Positions 12,481 to 24,334 of a DNA stretch of 64,000 nt are shown here, one piece after another. Source of the stretch: Psammoneis japonica. Lineage: Eukaryota. The stretch is taken from positions 248,001 through 312,000 of the forward strand of contig QPGO01000093.1 of the NCBI GenBank assembly GCA_008632985.1. Direction: 5' to 3'. Positions within the stretch are counted from its first letter, which is position 1. The number at the start of each line of letters is the position of its first letter. Both the position numbers and the translations under genes were made by a program. Under the pieces are notes generated by a model, which saw only the letters and a list, made by a program, of their open reading frames with translations, ran no database searches and was not told where the DNA came from.

Positions 12481-13385
12481 TGCTCCTTTTGCTCTGACTG
12501 ATGGTTGAAGAACAAACAAGAGAGCCCACGCATCAAAGTGTGTTCGCCCGCACAAAAATTGCCACTTGGCAATTTTCCGATCTCGGGTTTTTGAGCAGAG
12601 GGAATCTCGGTGTCGAACCGAATGACGCACAAAGATGAAGTTTCAGCTGTCGCGCATTTTGGTGACTTGGCGAGAGATGATCAGTGTTCCTGAGTGCAAA
12701 AGACGGATGCAGCGATTGAGCTCATTGCACCTTGCGGTCATGAACTGCATTCAATGTGCTCATCTTGCATTCTACATCAAATCTTCTCGCTGTGTCACGA
12801 GCGCCACACTCAAATCGCAGTTGACGCGCATGTTGCGCAGACCTTTGAGCATGTTTCAAACGTTTGTTTTCAACCAACATTCAAAACTAAAAGCATCTTG
12901 GAATGGAGCTGCATCAACTGCACACAAAAACATAACAAGAAGTGCTACATTCATTGTTTGGCGATGACACGATGATGCACAGGACACGTGCTGTCGGCTG
13001 TCGGTGGTCGCACGCGATGCCAAGCGGGAAAGCTGACAGAGCCATGGCTGCAAAGGATGAGCTGTTTTGCTTTTCTCATGATTTGATAGACTCAATAGAA
13101 AAGAGCAACAGTGCAATGGAACAACAAGCTCAAGGACATATAGACGAGTAAGAGTAAAGGCCAACGAGCGGCGTCGATGCGTCGGTCGTCATTTATTCAT
13201 GGCCCCTCGCCATAACTACAAGCAGGGCCCTACAATTTGAAATTTTGATTTTCTGGTTTTGGGGTCATTTTTTGATATTTTAGAAGAATCTGCCGCCGAC
13301 GCACAACCCGGAAACCGTCGTGTGACGTGTTCATGGCGGGAAACGTTCCAACCCACATCAAAGTATCCCTTACTACTCATCCACC

Positions 13386-14087
13386 ATGATGCTTCGTCCG
13401 CTGCTCAGCGTCCTCCTATTGATTAGGAGCCCTATTGTTGATTCATTTATTCCTCCTTCTCATCATACAGCGAGGCCATCATCAGAACTCTACAATGTCG
13501 AAAACTTCTTTTCAAATCTGTTTGGACCATCCGACCCTGTTACAAAAGCATTGACCAGCCGAAGAACCATTAATAATTTTGAAACTACCAAAGTCTCGGA
13601 TGATGTAGTGGAACGCGCCATTGAAGCTGCTATTTACGCACCCAATCACAAAATGACAGAACCGTGGAGATTTACACTGCTGGGAAACGAGACGATTGCC
13701 GCTATTGCCACCTTGAATGCTGCCGAAATTAGCAAGAAGGATCCTGCCAAGGGAGAAAAGAAAAAGGCTCGATGGGCAGCGATTCCGGGATGGTGTGTAG
13801 TTACGTCCACCAAATCGGATGGGGGACTACAAGAGAAGGAGGACTATGCAGCTACTTGTTGTGCTGTACATAACTTTTGTCTTTCGCTTTACGAACAAGG
13901 AGTCGGTACCAAATGGACAACGGGACCGATAACACGGACGAAAGAGTTTGCCGATTTATGTGGCATTGATCAAAAAACAGAAGAGGTAGTTGGATGCATC
14001 TGGTATGGCTTTGCATCAAACAAAGAGCCTCTGCCTGCGCCAAGGCGTCGAAAAAGCGTTGAGGATGTCACCCGTAGACGTGCGTAG
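13386..14087 (+). CDS. Nitroreductase family protein with N-terminal targeting presequence
   Basis: SRRTINNF, AIYAPNHKMTEPWRF, EDYAATCCAVHN, GVGTKWTTG and terminal RRRKSVED. Confidence 0.9.
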   Translation: MMLRPLLSVLLLIRSPIVDSFIPPSHHTARPSSELYNVENFFSNLFGPSDPVTKALTSRRTINNFETTKVSDDVVERAIEAAIYAPNHKMTEPWRFTLLGNETIAAIATLNAAEISKKDPAKGEKKKARWAAIPGWCVVTSTKSDGGLQEKEDYAATCCAVHNFCLSLYEQGVGTKWTTGPITRTKEFADLCGIDQKTEEVVGCIWYGFASNKEPLPAPRRRKSVEDVTRRRA

Positions 14088-14285
14088 CTTGATATTTTGA
14101 TAGTACATTGCAATGAAACACAGCGCGCCTACAGCTTAGTTTAGAGTTTTGATATGATTACATACTTGAGGGATTTGCTGTGCAGTTTGTCCTCGCGATT
14201 GTGGGGAAAGTCGTTTCGGATCCAGAATACAGCAGAGCAATGGGTAGGCTCCACTTCCGGTGAAAATGAGTGAAATCTAGCTAGA

Positions 14286-15227
14286 TTACTCCGCACAACA
14301 AGGCTCTGCTTTCTCGCTTGCCAGTAATCGCTCATGCCAAACGTGGAAGCGGAACAAGAAGCGGTCATCCTTTGTTACCGCACTTATGGACATTGGCTGA
14401 CCATCGAGTGTTCTTGTCATGTCAAAGCTCCCAAGTATCGGAACTTGCAAGAAGTATGTTCCAAGGTCAAGGACATTGTCATGACTATGAAACGTATAAA
14501 TATGGTCTGTGTCAAATGAGTAGTTGGATGCATGAATGGGTGTGGAAAGTTCCTTTCTCCGCTTGTCGGCGGATTTGTATTTGCGTCCAAGTAGTGCTGT
14601 ATTCTCGGGAACATCCACATCCAACATATTAGGCTGCTGGCCCGGTCGATCAATACTGAGACTGTGCGCACCACCAGCTAACAGCTCCAACACCCGTGGT
14701 TTGTTAGAGGCGAGGTCGACAATGACACCTGGTGACAAGCTACGGATGAACCTTTTAATGATGCTTCCAATTCGGTGCGGCGGAGCAGGGTTCAACGGTT
14801 TCTCAAAGATATCGCCGTGATATACTTCTGACATTTTCAACGGCTCTTTGAACTGCCCTTGAATAATGACTTGTTTGACTCGCTTCCTTCCTTCAAAATA
14901 CGCATTATGACTCGTCGGATCGTCTGACTTGGCATTGCGCAAACGTATCAGAATTCGTCCTTTGAACAGCGAACTCTCGAACTCGACTGGGACACCAATG
15001 GGAATAGGTTCGTCTCTTGTATATCCCCTCACTCTTGTGTCATCTGCTGTCTGTATAAGAACTGGTCGATGCGGCCATTCTTCGACTCTTGGAAGCAAAT
15101 CGTGTGTTTTCTCTTGCCCACGCAAGCTTTGCTCCTTCTGGGCAACTCTTGTAGATGCTGCTGCTTCTTTGAATACCATGGTGTGGACAAGGCAAATCAA
15201 CAGGAACAGTCTCTTTGTCGACTGCAT
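14286..15227 (-). CDS. DUF1769-family protein with N-terminal signal-like segment
   Basis: FESSLFKGRILIRLR...YFEGRKR...IQGQFKEP...GDIFEKPL and FDTDHIYTF; intact ORF. Confidence 0.7.
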   Translation of the reverse strand: MQSTKRLFLLICLVHTMVFKEAAASTRVAQKEQSLRGQEKTHDLLPRVEEWPHRPVLIQTADDTRVRGYTRDEPIPIGVPVEFESSLFKGRILIRLRNAKSDDPTSHNAYFEGRKRVKQVIIQGQFKEPLKMSEVYHGDIFEKPLNPAPPHRIGSIIKRFIRSLSPGVIVDLASNKPRVLELLAGGAHSLSIDRPGQQPNMLDVDVPENTALLGRKYKSADKRRKELSTPIHASNYSFDTDHIYTFHSHDNVLDLGTYFLQVPILGSFDMTRTLDGQPMSISAVTKDDRFLFRFHVWHERLLASEKAEPCCAE

Positions 15228-16693
15228 TACAGACAAGACGAAACGACATGGAAAATGTGCACTGTTGAATACAATCAAGGGGGCGATCAAGACCCCATCA
15301 ATCTTATCAACGCATCGATCGATGAGCAAGTGTGAATGACGTGTCGGAGCTATAGCTGTCGGAGCGGAGGCAGAATCCGCCCATCACGATTGACTTGCGA
15401 CAGCCACGTCACACAAACGCGAATGATGCGCGACCAAGAAGCATGACTCACGCCGAAGCCGAGCACATCACATCATTTTGGCAGCGACATGCTCAATGCA
15501 ACGTTTCGAAGCATACTCTAGCTAGAAGTATGTATGTGTCTGTTGAAGAACCTTAATATAGCATGATAAGTATGTTGCTCGATTGCGCCGACTTGGTGTC
15601 AGCTATGATATTTTAAGATAAGTCTGGCATTCATAAGCCTGTCGTAGGTCCCGCACTTAGCGACAGTCACGGCCAGCAAGCGAACTAGGTAACGAAGGGA
15701 AAATTGGGGTTTGGGGGATGCATCTCCTATAAAAGCTGGAAATGCGCAAACACTGTCTCAAAGACTACATTCGTAGTGACAGTACTGGGCTTGTCTCCAG
15801 TGGAGTTTCTTATAAGCTTTTTTTGGGACAAGATCAATGCTCCTAGACCTATGTATGAATTAGAGACGAAACTTCATGGCGACACACGGCACGCCGACCA
15901 TTTCTTGGCTCTCCCGTCCTTGACTGTAGCGAACACGTCCGGGGGTATCATTAAATTTAAATTATATCTGGGTCAAAACAATTACGTTCCTTGGAATGTG
16001 GATAGAGCCATGGGGTTGATGCTGGATGGTGCACTTACTATTGGGCCTTGTGCTACAAAGCCAATCAATTTTTTTCAAGTGTCGCGTTGGGTTCGAGCTG
16101 GCGTCAATCTGGGATCCTGTGCCATGACAAAGTGCATTTGGTACCTCGGGAGAGTAGGACAAGTCACCACCAATGCCTTGTCAAAGGAATACTTTTGCAC
16201 TAGCCGAAACAATAACGGCCTGAGTCACTACTTTGCCCGAATGTGGTTTTGCGACTAGATGACACATATCGGATTTGATTCTTTTCATCAAACATCCATC
16301 TCTAGAGACTGTCCTTGCCGACGCATGAGCAATCTTGGAAGTCTCACGCTTCTTGATGCGGACGAGCTCTTTGACGAGCTCGAGCACCCCACCACTCATT
16401 CGCTACTTCATTAAAGCAAATTTCAATCCGATCTGAATTGTCGATGATGCATAGCTTAGCTAGTTATAGACATCTTGATTCACGGTAGAATGTACGTAGA
16501 GGCGGCATGCGGCACGCCTCCTGTGTGCGTGCTCTCTTTGATGTGTAGCACAATTACCAATTACCGGTAAGAAATCTGTCTATTCGGCTTCCGCACCTTA
16601 GGTTCCTTGTAATACTTCCTCCTCGTGTGGACGAGATTGAGTACTTCACCACAGTCTCCCACTGCTGTACATATCTGCTCACTGTCTGTTGTC

Positions 16694-17698
16694 TCACACG
16701 AGCTTGGCTGTGATTGATCGTTGTCCAAATTGCCGTCCCTGAAAGAGTCGCTCCGCCTTTTCTGCATGAGCCTTGTCGGCAAATGTGACATACACGCGTA
16801 CCTCCGGCTGCTGCGGAGGCACCGCGTCCTCAACACGGACTGATTCCACTTTGCCACATGTTTCCTCGCACTCCTCTTGAACTTCGGCGGCCAAGTCGTC
16901 ATCAATATCTCCCGGGGCTGTAAGATTGGCCAGCAGCACCGTGAACCCCGTCTGCTGGACCGTATGTTGTTGCCCTTTATTATCACCAAGTTTGTCCTGT
17001 TGTTGCTGCACAAGCCACGCTGGCAAGTTGCTCATGCCCCGTCCTCGTCCACGCCCCATGCTCTTTTCGGCACGGTGTTGTGCAATCTGCTGTACGTCTC
17101 CCGTCTTTTCAACCGCTTGTCGTTCTTGTTCCAGTTGTTCTCGTAAACGCCTCTGTCTTTCCAACGTTTCCTTGGCGGATCGTTCCAATTCGAGTCGTTG
17201 CTTTTCGTGAGCCTTGCGTTCCCAATACGCCAACAAATCGTTTGGGACAAGAGGATCATACGGGTCCTTTACAGACGCGTGCAGCTGACGAAACTCATCC
17301 GAATCTTCCTCCATGAGTACCGGTGATAAAGATTCCTCTTGTTTTGATTCGTTGACTTTGGACTCTTCTTTGTTTGGAGCAGGTGTCGGTTCAGCGTGAA
17401 TAATTTCAACCGGCGCTGCAACCTTTGCAGCTGCAGGTACAACTGGTTTCACAACTCGATGCGCTAGATTGGTGGGAGCCGGACGTTTGCGTTGACGCAG
17501 CGTTGTTGGAACAAAGGCCATGGAAGTACCCGCCGAGCCAAGGCCACTCACGACTGATTTGTTCTTGTTTTCAACTTTATTTTTTGCTTCTTCTTCTTCT
17601 TTGCGTGCTTGTTCTGTCGCTGCGTCGTTTTGTGTTGATGTCCCATCGTTTTTCGAGTTTTTTGCCGACGGCAAATCACCAAACAGTCCACCATACAT
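16694..17698 (-). CDS. SPF45: Splicing factor 45 / RBM17 / DRT111-like
   Basis: N-terminal LFGDLP, YDPLVPND motif, RGRG..NLPAW, and a C-terminal UHM-type RRM (EVQEECEETCGKV...LFQGRQFGQR). Confidence 0.8.
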   Translation of the reverse strand: MYGGLFGDLPSAKNSKNDGTSTQNDAATEQARKEEEEAKNKVENKNKSVVSGLGSAGTSMAFVPTTLRQRKRPAPTNLAHRVVKPVVPAAAKVAAPVEIIHAEPTPAPNKEESKVNESKQEESLSPVLMEEDSDEFRQLHASVKDPYDPLVPNDLLAYWERKAHEKQRLELERSAKETLERQRRLREQLEQERQAVEKTGDVQQIAQHRAEKSMGRGRGRGMSNLPAWLVQQQQDKLGDNKGQQHTVQQTGFTVLLANLTAPGDIDDDLAAEVQEECEETCGKVESVRVEDAVPPQQPEVRVYVTFADKAHAEKAERLFQGRQFGQRSITAKLV

Positions 17699-17949
17699 TC
17701 TTTTTAATCTATTGAAAATTCGTCTCACAATAGGTATAGCAAGAGAGTAACATATACTGGATAGGTACAGGGGAGGGATGCGGTGACGATGATGTTACGT
17801 AGCTGGCTTGGCTCTATTGATCTATGAATAGATCTTGGACGCAGCGCGGTGCGCGGTTGCGGATGTTTGATGGCTGGAGATTTTCCGTCCCGCGTCCGTC
17901 CAGCGATCCGATTTGTGTCTGTCTGTCTATCTGTTTGTGCGCCAACATT

Positions 17950-19952
17950 GTCCTCCGATGTGCCAGTCACGTGTGGATGTTCACGATGCGAGTTGGTGCA
18001 GCCCAGCGGCACTGTCATCACATTTTGTTTGATCCAGATGGCTCACAGCATCAGCCAGCTGTGTTTTGTGAAAGACTTTTAACTGAGTGCCCATTTGGCT
18101 GCTCAGCAGCAGCCAAAACAAGCATTTTTGCTTGTGGTCTGCCTGCGACGTTGACCTGGAGTGGATGTCATCCAGTTGATGTGCTGAAAGGTGTGCTCAA
18201 AGCTCTCTGTGCACACACACGCTCAAGCTTTGACCATCTGTGCTCACCCAAACTGAGCTGACCTTGCCCTCTCAGTGCCTCCTTCACACAGGGGCTGTGC
18301 TCGACACTCATTTTGCTGAGTGACACCTCTGCCCTGTCTCTGGCACTGCCAGCAGCAGCCAATTTGTTGCATCTGGCCCCAGCACCCCAGCAGCCAATGA
18401 TTGTCAAGAGGCAGCTGAGAGTCCACCACTCATGCTGTGCAGCCCCAGGCTCTGATCCACAGCCCCATGGTGGCCTCCTCCCTGAGAATTGTCAAAACAA
18501 GAGCTCTGTGAGCTCATTTTCCCTGGTGGAAACATCCTGGATGGATGGTCAGACTCAACAGCATCAAGTGATCTGGGCACCAATGCTGCTGGCAGACATT
18601 CCCAGTGCACCACTGAGGATCTGCCTCCTCAGGAGCCAAGAGGCTGTTGACAAAGACTCTGCACCACCCTCTTCTCCCATCACACTGCCAGGATGGCGCC
18701 AAGTTGTCACCAGACAACAACGACGAGTCCAGTGATGAGGACTCATCATCACTGGCTGCTGCACACTGAGGGCCATGCACAGCTTTGCTGCGATGTTTGC
18801 TCCAACAGTGCCGCTGTTGCCTCCATGCACACACCACCACCCAAGCTTGCAATGGGGGTGGGTTGGTGCCAGCAGGCTGCTCCCATCAAGTTTCAAGGAG
18901 AAGAGGCAAGCCCAAGGCCAGCTGGCCTGGTCTGGACCCCTCCATTGACATCTTCCTGTTGCTGCCCAACCACCAGCACCAACCCCACTGCGTTGTGACA
19001 GCCTAAAAAAGAGCAGCCCATCTCCTGCCATGCTGTGCAGGGAAGCTTGGGCTTGGCAGATCAACTGTGTGTGTGCTGCCAGAAGATTGACTTTTTTGAC
19101 TGCAGGATCACCCCAAAGGGGTTTGGCGTTGTGCAGAAGACAGATCCCACTGGGCCTGCTCCTGTGTGCCACCTGTGCTGGACTCAGCCAATGCTGAGCA
19201 CCCTTGCAGCCCAGCAGCAATGAAGCCCTCCCACCAAAATGTCTGCCAAAACCTCACTGTGCCACATCTGTGGTCTGTGGCAAGTTGAGATGCTGGACAG
19301 GAATTGACCTGGGTGTTTCTCCCACTGGCCACATCGACAAGCTGTGCCAGCAGCAATGGGAGTGGTGCAGCAGTGGACAAGGTTTGTGGCACAGTTGCAG
19401 CAGTGGCAACTGCAGCAACCACTGATCCTGAAGGCATGGCAACAGACACAGCCAGGTTGTGCCAGCTGGAAGAAGAAGTGCTTGCTCCCAAGGATGGAGA
19501 GCTGACATCTGAGACTCTGTGGAAGGGGAAAACAGCAGCGCTGAGAAGTGCTCATTCTGGTCTGGCACAAATGACCACAGCAAGAAGCAGTTGGGCTCAC
19601 ATGACTCACCTGTTGCATCTAGCCCAGGTGCCACCAGTGTGTTCCTTGGCTGATCCCAGAGCACGGTGTGCAGCTTTTCACTCACTCCACTTGCTGTGTC
19701 AGTTGTGCTCCCTCACTGGTTTGTTGTGCTTGGGTGCCCTGTGCCCCATTGCATGGGTTTCACTCTTTGCTGCTGCTGGCTGCTGCCCTCCCCCACTTGC
19801 CTGCAGGGTGGTGCTGGCGCGACCCATCATTGTTGAGATTGTCATGTCCCTTGGCACTCTTGTTGTCTCCTCTCAGTTTGCTGGCACCTGCACCCTCTTC
19901 CCACGTGTTTTGAGCTCCTTCTTCCACCTGACAAATGCTGTCTCTCAAGCTC

Positions 19953-20012
<60 letters not shown>

Positions 20013-20560
20013 CTCTTTCCTGTCTGAAGACACAAGGTGGGCTTGGACACCTGTGCTGCTCTCCTTGCCACATGTTCACACCAATGCACACACAAAAACA
20101 TGCCATTTGAGATGTGCTGTGAGCAGGTGTTGCCACGACAAATGCCACCTTGGGCCATTGTGCATGTGCATCATAATTTCACATCTGAGGACATGCAGTG
20201 AACATGACCCCACATGCCCCCCTTGCATCCACATGCAAGACCACACCCTCAAAATGTGCACACTGGGGTGCTGAGATGTGCGCTGAGTGGGTGCTGCTGC
20301 GCTGTGTCAGTGGACTCGAGCACTCTTGCACCAACCTGGCCTCTCAAACATTCTTGCACCCACACCATTTTGACCACAGGTGCCATTGCTTCTGTTGCAG
20401 TTGCTGCTCCAGTGAACACTCTGGAGAACAATGGCGAGCTGTGAGCCACAGATGAGAGGGCGCTGTCTCTGCCACTCTTTTTCTTGCAGAAAAAATGCAA
20501 AAACACGATGTCACTCCCTCCCAGCTGCCCCCCAAAACACAGTGGGCACAATGGAGTGAG
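17950..20560. other. TpA- and CpG-depleted degenerate block
   Basis: Almost no TA and few CG over 2.6 kb. Six-frame translations are Cys/His/Gln-rich and essentially Tyr-free. Confidence 0.9.
19954..20011. repeat. (TG)n microsatellite, ~29 units
   Basis: Read directly from the sequence. Confidence 0.95.
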
Positions 20561-20849
20561 TCACCTCACAATTTTAGAAAGCCTGTTGATTGCCGCATCT
20601 GCTCATTTCTGTCGTACATTGTCAATTCTTGTCACCGTGGCGTGATTTGCTCAAAAAAAGCGCGAAAGTGTGGTGTCTGTTGGTTACCAGCAGGTTGTGT
20701 GCGTCGTTTCGAATTTCACGAGGTCTGTCTCCTCTTGTCACAAAACCTCGCGCGCCGGAAATCTCGCCTGCTGCTTTTTTCTTGCGTCTCGCATCTCGCT
20801 CGGCGCCTTCGTTTGCATCTGTTGTTGCCCATTTCTCAACGAAAGCATC

Positions 20850-21617
20850 ATGTCCTCCGGTCTTATCAAGTGTGACTGTATCGAGTGCCAGTCTGGGATG
20901 GCAATGCTGGATCCTGTGAATGGCATGCATGTGGACTTTTGCCAGAACTGTGGCCGTGCCTATTGTTACGGCTCCGGACCAACCTATGTGTCCTGTCCCT
21001 GCTGTCATCAATGCCAACAAGGAAAGTGTCTGGAAAAAGAAGATGCAGAAGAAGAAGAAGCAGAAGTCATTGAGCCTCCCAAGAAGAAACAGAACGTTAC
21101 CAAAAAGGCGACCACTCCCAAGATTCCTCTGGCGGAACAGTCGGAGATTCGCATGGTGCGCGCCTCGTCGCAGCAGGGTGAGTTCTTGGCCGAGAATGTT
21201 CTAATCGACGACAATGGCAAGACCTTTTGGAAGTCAGAGCCTATGAAACGAAAAGACCGCAAGGAACAGTATGTGGAATTCCAACTGGCGCCCGACAAGA
21301 GTGTGCGCCGTTTGGGGTCGGTCTCCGTGGACGAGACACGCCAGGTTGGACTGTCGGACTTTCGAATCGACTTTAGCGAGGATGGAACATTGTGGAAGCG
21401 TGGCTACTCTCTGTGGGGAATATCGTCGGCGGGGGACGGCGTACGTTCCAATCATGATCTTGGAAACATTGTGGCTCGCTCGGTCAGGATTGTGTGCGAG
21501 AAACCGAGATCGTTCAACTCCGGAGTTGGCTTTGCGTTTGTGCAGTTCAATCGTGTGGCCAAAATGAGGGAACCAGGTGGCATCCTTTATGATGAAGAAG
21601 AGAGTGGTGACTATTAA
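20850..21617 (+). CDS. Protein with N-terminal Cys-rich Zn-finger-like region and C-terminal galactose-binding/F5-8-like domain
   Basis: CDCIEC...CQNC...CPCCHQC, then RASSQ...AENVLIDD...FWKS...QYVEF...FSEDGTLW...ARSVRIV. Confidence 0.65.
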   Translation: MSSGLIKCDCIECQSGMAMLDPVNGMHVDFCQNCGRAYCYGSGPTYVSCPCCHQCQQGKCLEKEDAEEEEAEVIEPPKKKQNVTKKATTPKIPLAEQSEIRMVRASSQQGEFLAENVLIDDNGKTFWKSEPMKRKDRKEQYVEFQLAPDKSVRRLGSVSVDETRQVGLSDFRIDFSEDGTLWKRGYSLWGISSAGDGVRSNHDLGNIVARSVRIVCEKPRSFNSGVGFAFVQFNRVAKMREPGGILYDEEESGDY

Positions 21618-21996
21618 GCACTACAGAACGTAACTTATTACCCAACTTAGTTGCCATCACGTGTATATAACAGCCAGACTAGTAGTAAATGGGCCCAAAA
21701 CCTAACGAGGATCTCTTAGATAGTGTACCAGGGCCCTCGGTCTATCCTCCATGGCGACAGCTCCTGGCATGTCATGTGTTTCAGGCGCATAAATGGATAG
21801 CTGAATGTGAACATGTGATATTCGCCTACCGAATGAGACAAGGACCGAAGCAACGTGAGTCACTCATTCACAGCGGCCTTTGCTGATAGATGATTCCAAG
21901 ACAACACAGAATGCAGAAGTGGGCGTCTACTGAAATGGTTACTGCAGAGTACAAGTACTACTGTGCTATCATTTATAGTATCCACTTCAGCTTGAT

Positions 21997-23445
21997 TTAA
22001 TTTGCTCTCCAGTAGAGATTCCAAAACTGGGAGTAGCCGAACCCAATCACCACCACGGCTACAGCAACAGAAAGCTGCGTAACCAACCAATTCTTCTTTT
22101 CACAGGTGTCTTGGTCGAGATTTCCATCCAGGCGTCGAACAAAGTCGCGGTTCGAGTCATCGTGCTTTCGCATTTCGTCCACTTGGCTTCCCATGGGGGC
22201 GTACTTCATGATCATCCTAAGGATCCAACACTCAAACGCGTTGGACGAGTTGACGCTCTTGCCTTGGGATCGGGCTTCCTTGACAAGCTTCTTCATGCCC
22301 TCGCGACGAGCTCCCCAGTCGTAGTATGCAATGGCTTCTGCTGGACGCGCAGCTAGCTCGGAAAGTTTGGTGGCACAAACGTAGGCATCGGTTATGGCAC
22401 AATTCGTTCCTTGTCCGAGATAAGGAGACTGAGGATGAGCAGCGTCCCCAAGTAATGCGACCAGCTTTCCGGGACTCGAGTAGGGCAAGTCAACACGAGG
22501 ACGGTCAAAAATTGCAGCCTCGGTAATCTGAGATGCTGGTGTCTCTTCCATCACTTTCATCATGACGGAGGACAATGGCGTCCCCTTGTCCTTGAGGGAT
22601 TGCAGCAGTGCGGCCTTGGACTTATCCGTAAGAATTGCTCCTCCTCGGCGAGTCAAGTCTTCCGTAGTGCTGCCGGTTGGTCCATCGGCGGGTAAGCCAA
22701 GCACCCATAGAACCGTGCCATCTCCTGGTGAGATGAAGAATGAACCAGGTTGCTTACTAGTACCCAGCATCCAAACAAACGAGTCACCCTTGAAGCTTTG
22801 CGTGTCCTGGATGGCCTCCGTCGTGTCACATCTACCCCAGTAGCACGTGACACCACAGTATTCGAGAGGATCACCATCTTCTCCCTCGTCCTTGAACAGG
22901 CAATGTCGAATCTTGGAATGAATACCGTCGCAGCCGAGAAGGCATCGGCCCACAATCGTCGAACCGTCAGTCAAGTTGACCGCCACGTGTTGCTCGTCTA
23001 GATCTTCGGAAAAGGACTCGACCGCCACACCACACTTCAACCAGTCGGATTCCTTGGCATTCTTCTGACGCAAGGTCGAGAGCAGCGCGTTTTGCAACTC
23101 GGCTCGATGCGCCGATCCATAGCCCGACGACAAGGCTTGAGGCATTTCAATGTTGCGGACCAACGTGCCTTCCATCGTTTCCATGTAAAAACCAACATAG
23201 TGGTTCAAGAAACCGTCCACAACCGACTTGGATAATCCGAGGCGGTTCTTCAAAATGTCAACCGTCGTGGGAGCAAGGTCAAAGCCAGCTCCGACATTGG
23301 AACACAGCTTGCTGCGCGTTGCCTTTTCCAACACGACAAATGGAATGCCATGGTTCTGCAAAACCAACGTGGCAATCAATCCGCACGGCCCACCGCCAGC
23401 AATCAGAACGGGAGTAGATACAGGCTTGGGTGATGGCGACGACAT
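21997..23445 (-). CDS. FAD-dependent monooxygenase (salicylate hydroxylase/ZEP-like)
   Basis: IAGGGPCGL, LGCDGIHSKIR, LLGDAAHPQSPYLGQG and a C-terminal TM helix. Confidence 0.9.
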   Translation of the reverse strand: MSSPSPKPVSTPVLIAGGGPCGLIATLVLQNHGIPFVVLEKATRSKLCSNVGAGFDLAPTTVDILKNRLGLSKSVVDGFLNHYVGFYMETMEGTLVRNIEMPQALSSGYGSAHRAELQNALLSTLRQKNAKESDWLKCGVAVESFSEDLDEQHVAVNLTDGSTIVGRCLLGCDGIHSKIRHCLFKDEGEDGDPLEYCGVTCYWGRCDTTEAIQDTQSFKGDSFVWMLGTSKQPGSFFISPGDGTVLWVLGLPADGPTGSTTEDLTRRGGAILTDKSKAALLQSLKDKGTPLSSVMMKVMEETPASQITEAAIFDRPRVDLPYSSPGKLVALLGDAAHPQSPYLGQGTNCAITDAYVCATKLSELAARPAEAIAYYDWGARREGMKKLVKEARSQGKSVNSSNAFECWILRMIMKYAPMGSQVDEMRKHDDSNRDFVRRLDGNLDQDTCEKKNWLVTQLSVAVAVVVIGFGYSQFWNLYWRAN

Positions 23446-24334
23446 GGGCGAAGAGAAAATGTACCTTGCAGACAGTTGCTGGAAACTTTTTTTGTGAGAG
23501 CGGTGCTATCCGAAATTGTGAGGGGAAACACCGAAAGGGAAGACTCCATCCGCCTTGAAAGAATCGACGATCCGCCTTGAAGGGCTTCGGAACGGACAAG
23601 AACAGAACTGTTGGCTGACGTATGTCATGATGATAAGTATCATGCTTCGGTAGCCTAGGGCCCTACCGACTTCGTTATTTGGTCAGGAAGAATCATCAAC
23701 AATCAAAAGCGAAAAATGAATCCGCAGCCCCCATGCGCATCCGCCTTGAAGTCTTTTTGGACAATAGGTAGCAGAACAGAACCGAGCGAGAACCGTTCAC
23801 GAATGACGTCAGTCTTGATGGGGGCTCACGGGCTCACCTACCGACAACGCACCAACCATAGCTAACTACGACTTCCGCTGAAATAGCATGTCTCTCTTGC
23901 TTCTGTTGAGTCTAAAACCACTTTCGTGGATTACAGAACACTCTTATTCAATTCCATAGGAACATAGAAACCAGGAGAATGCACATTAGGTGCATCGTCC
24001 ATCAGGGAGAAACAGCTTTCGATGTGATTGAGATATTGGTAATATCTCTTTTGGCGCATTTGTAATTCTAATTGATAGGACTATGTTTTAGAGGCTAACA
24101 TTTTGTTGAGTGCAGTCATATCCCTGGTACTTGAAAACAGTAGAAGAGAATTGAAGCCGTTCCTGCTGATTAATGCGTACTACGCTCCCGGATAGAGGCT
24201 TGTGTGCCATCGAGAGAGCCAACTAGAAATTTTTGAGACAAACCCCCCACAGCAGCAGTAGTAGTACAGCTGAAATGCCAGTTACATTATCAAGTTAATC
24301 TCTATAGCTCCTAATAGCTCTAGAGAGAGTACAA

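Noticed and set aside
15704..16400. ORF 15704-16258 and nearby minus-strand ORFs
   Set aside because: No recognisable motifs and no convincing gene structure; possibly a decayed gene.
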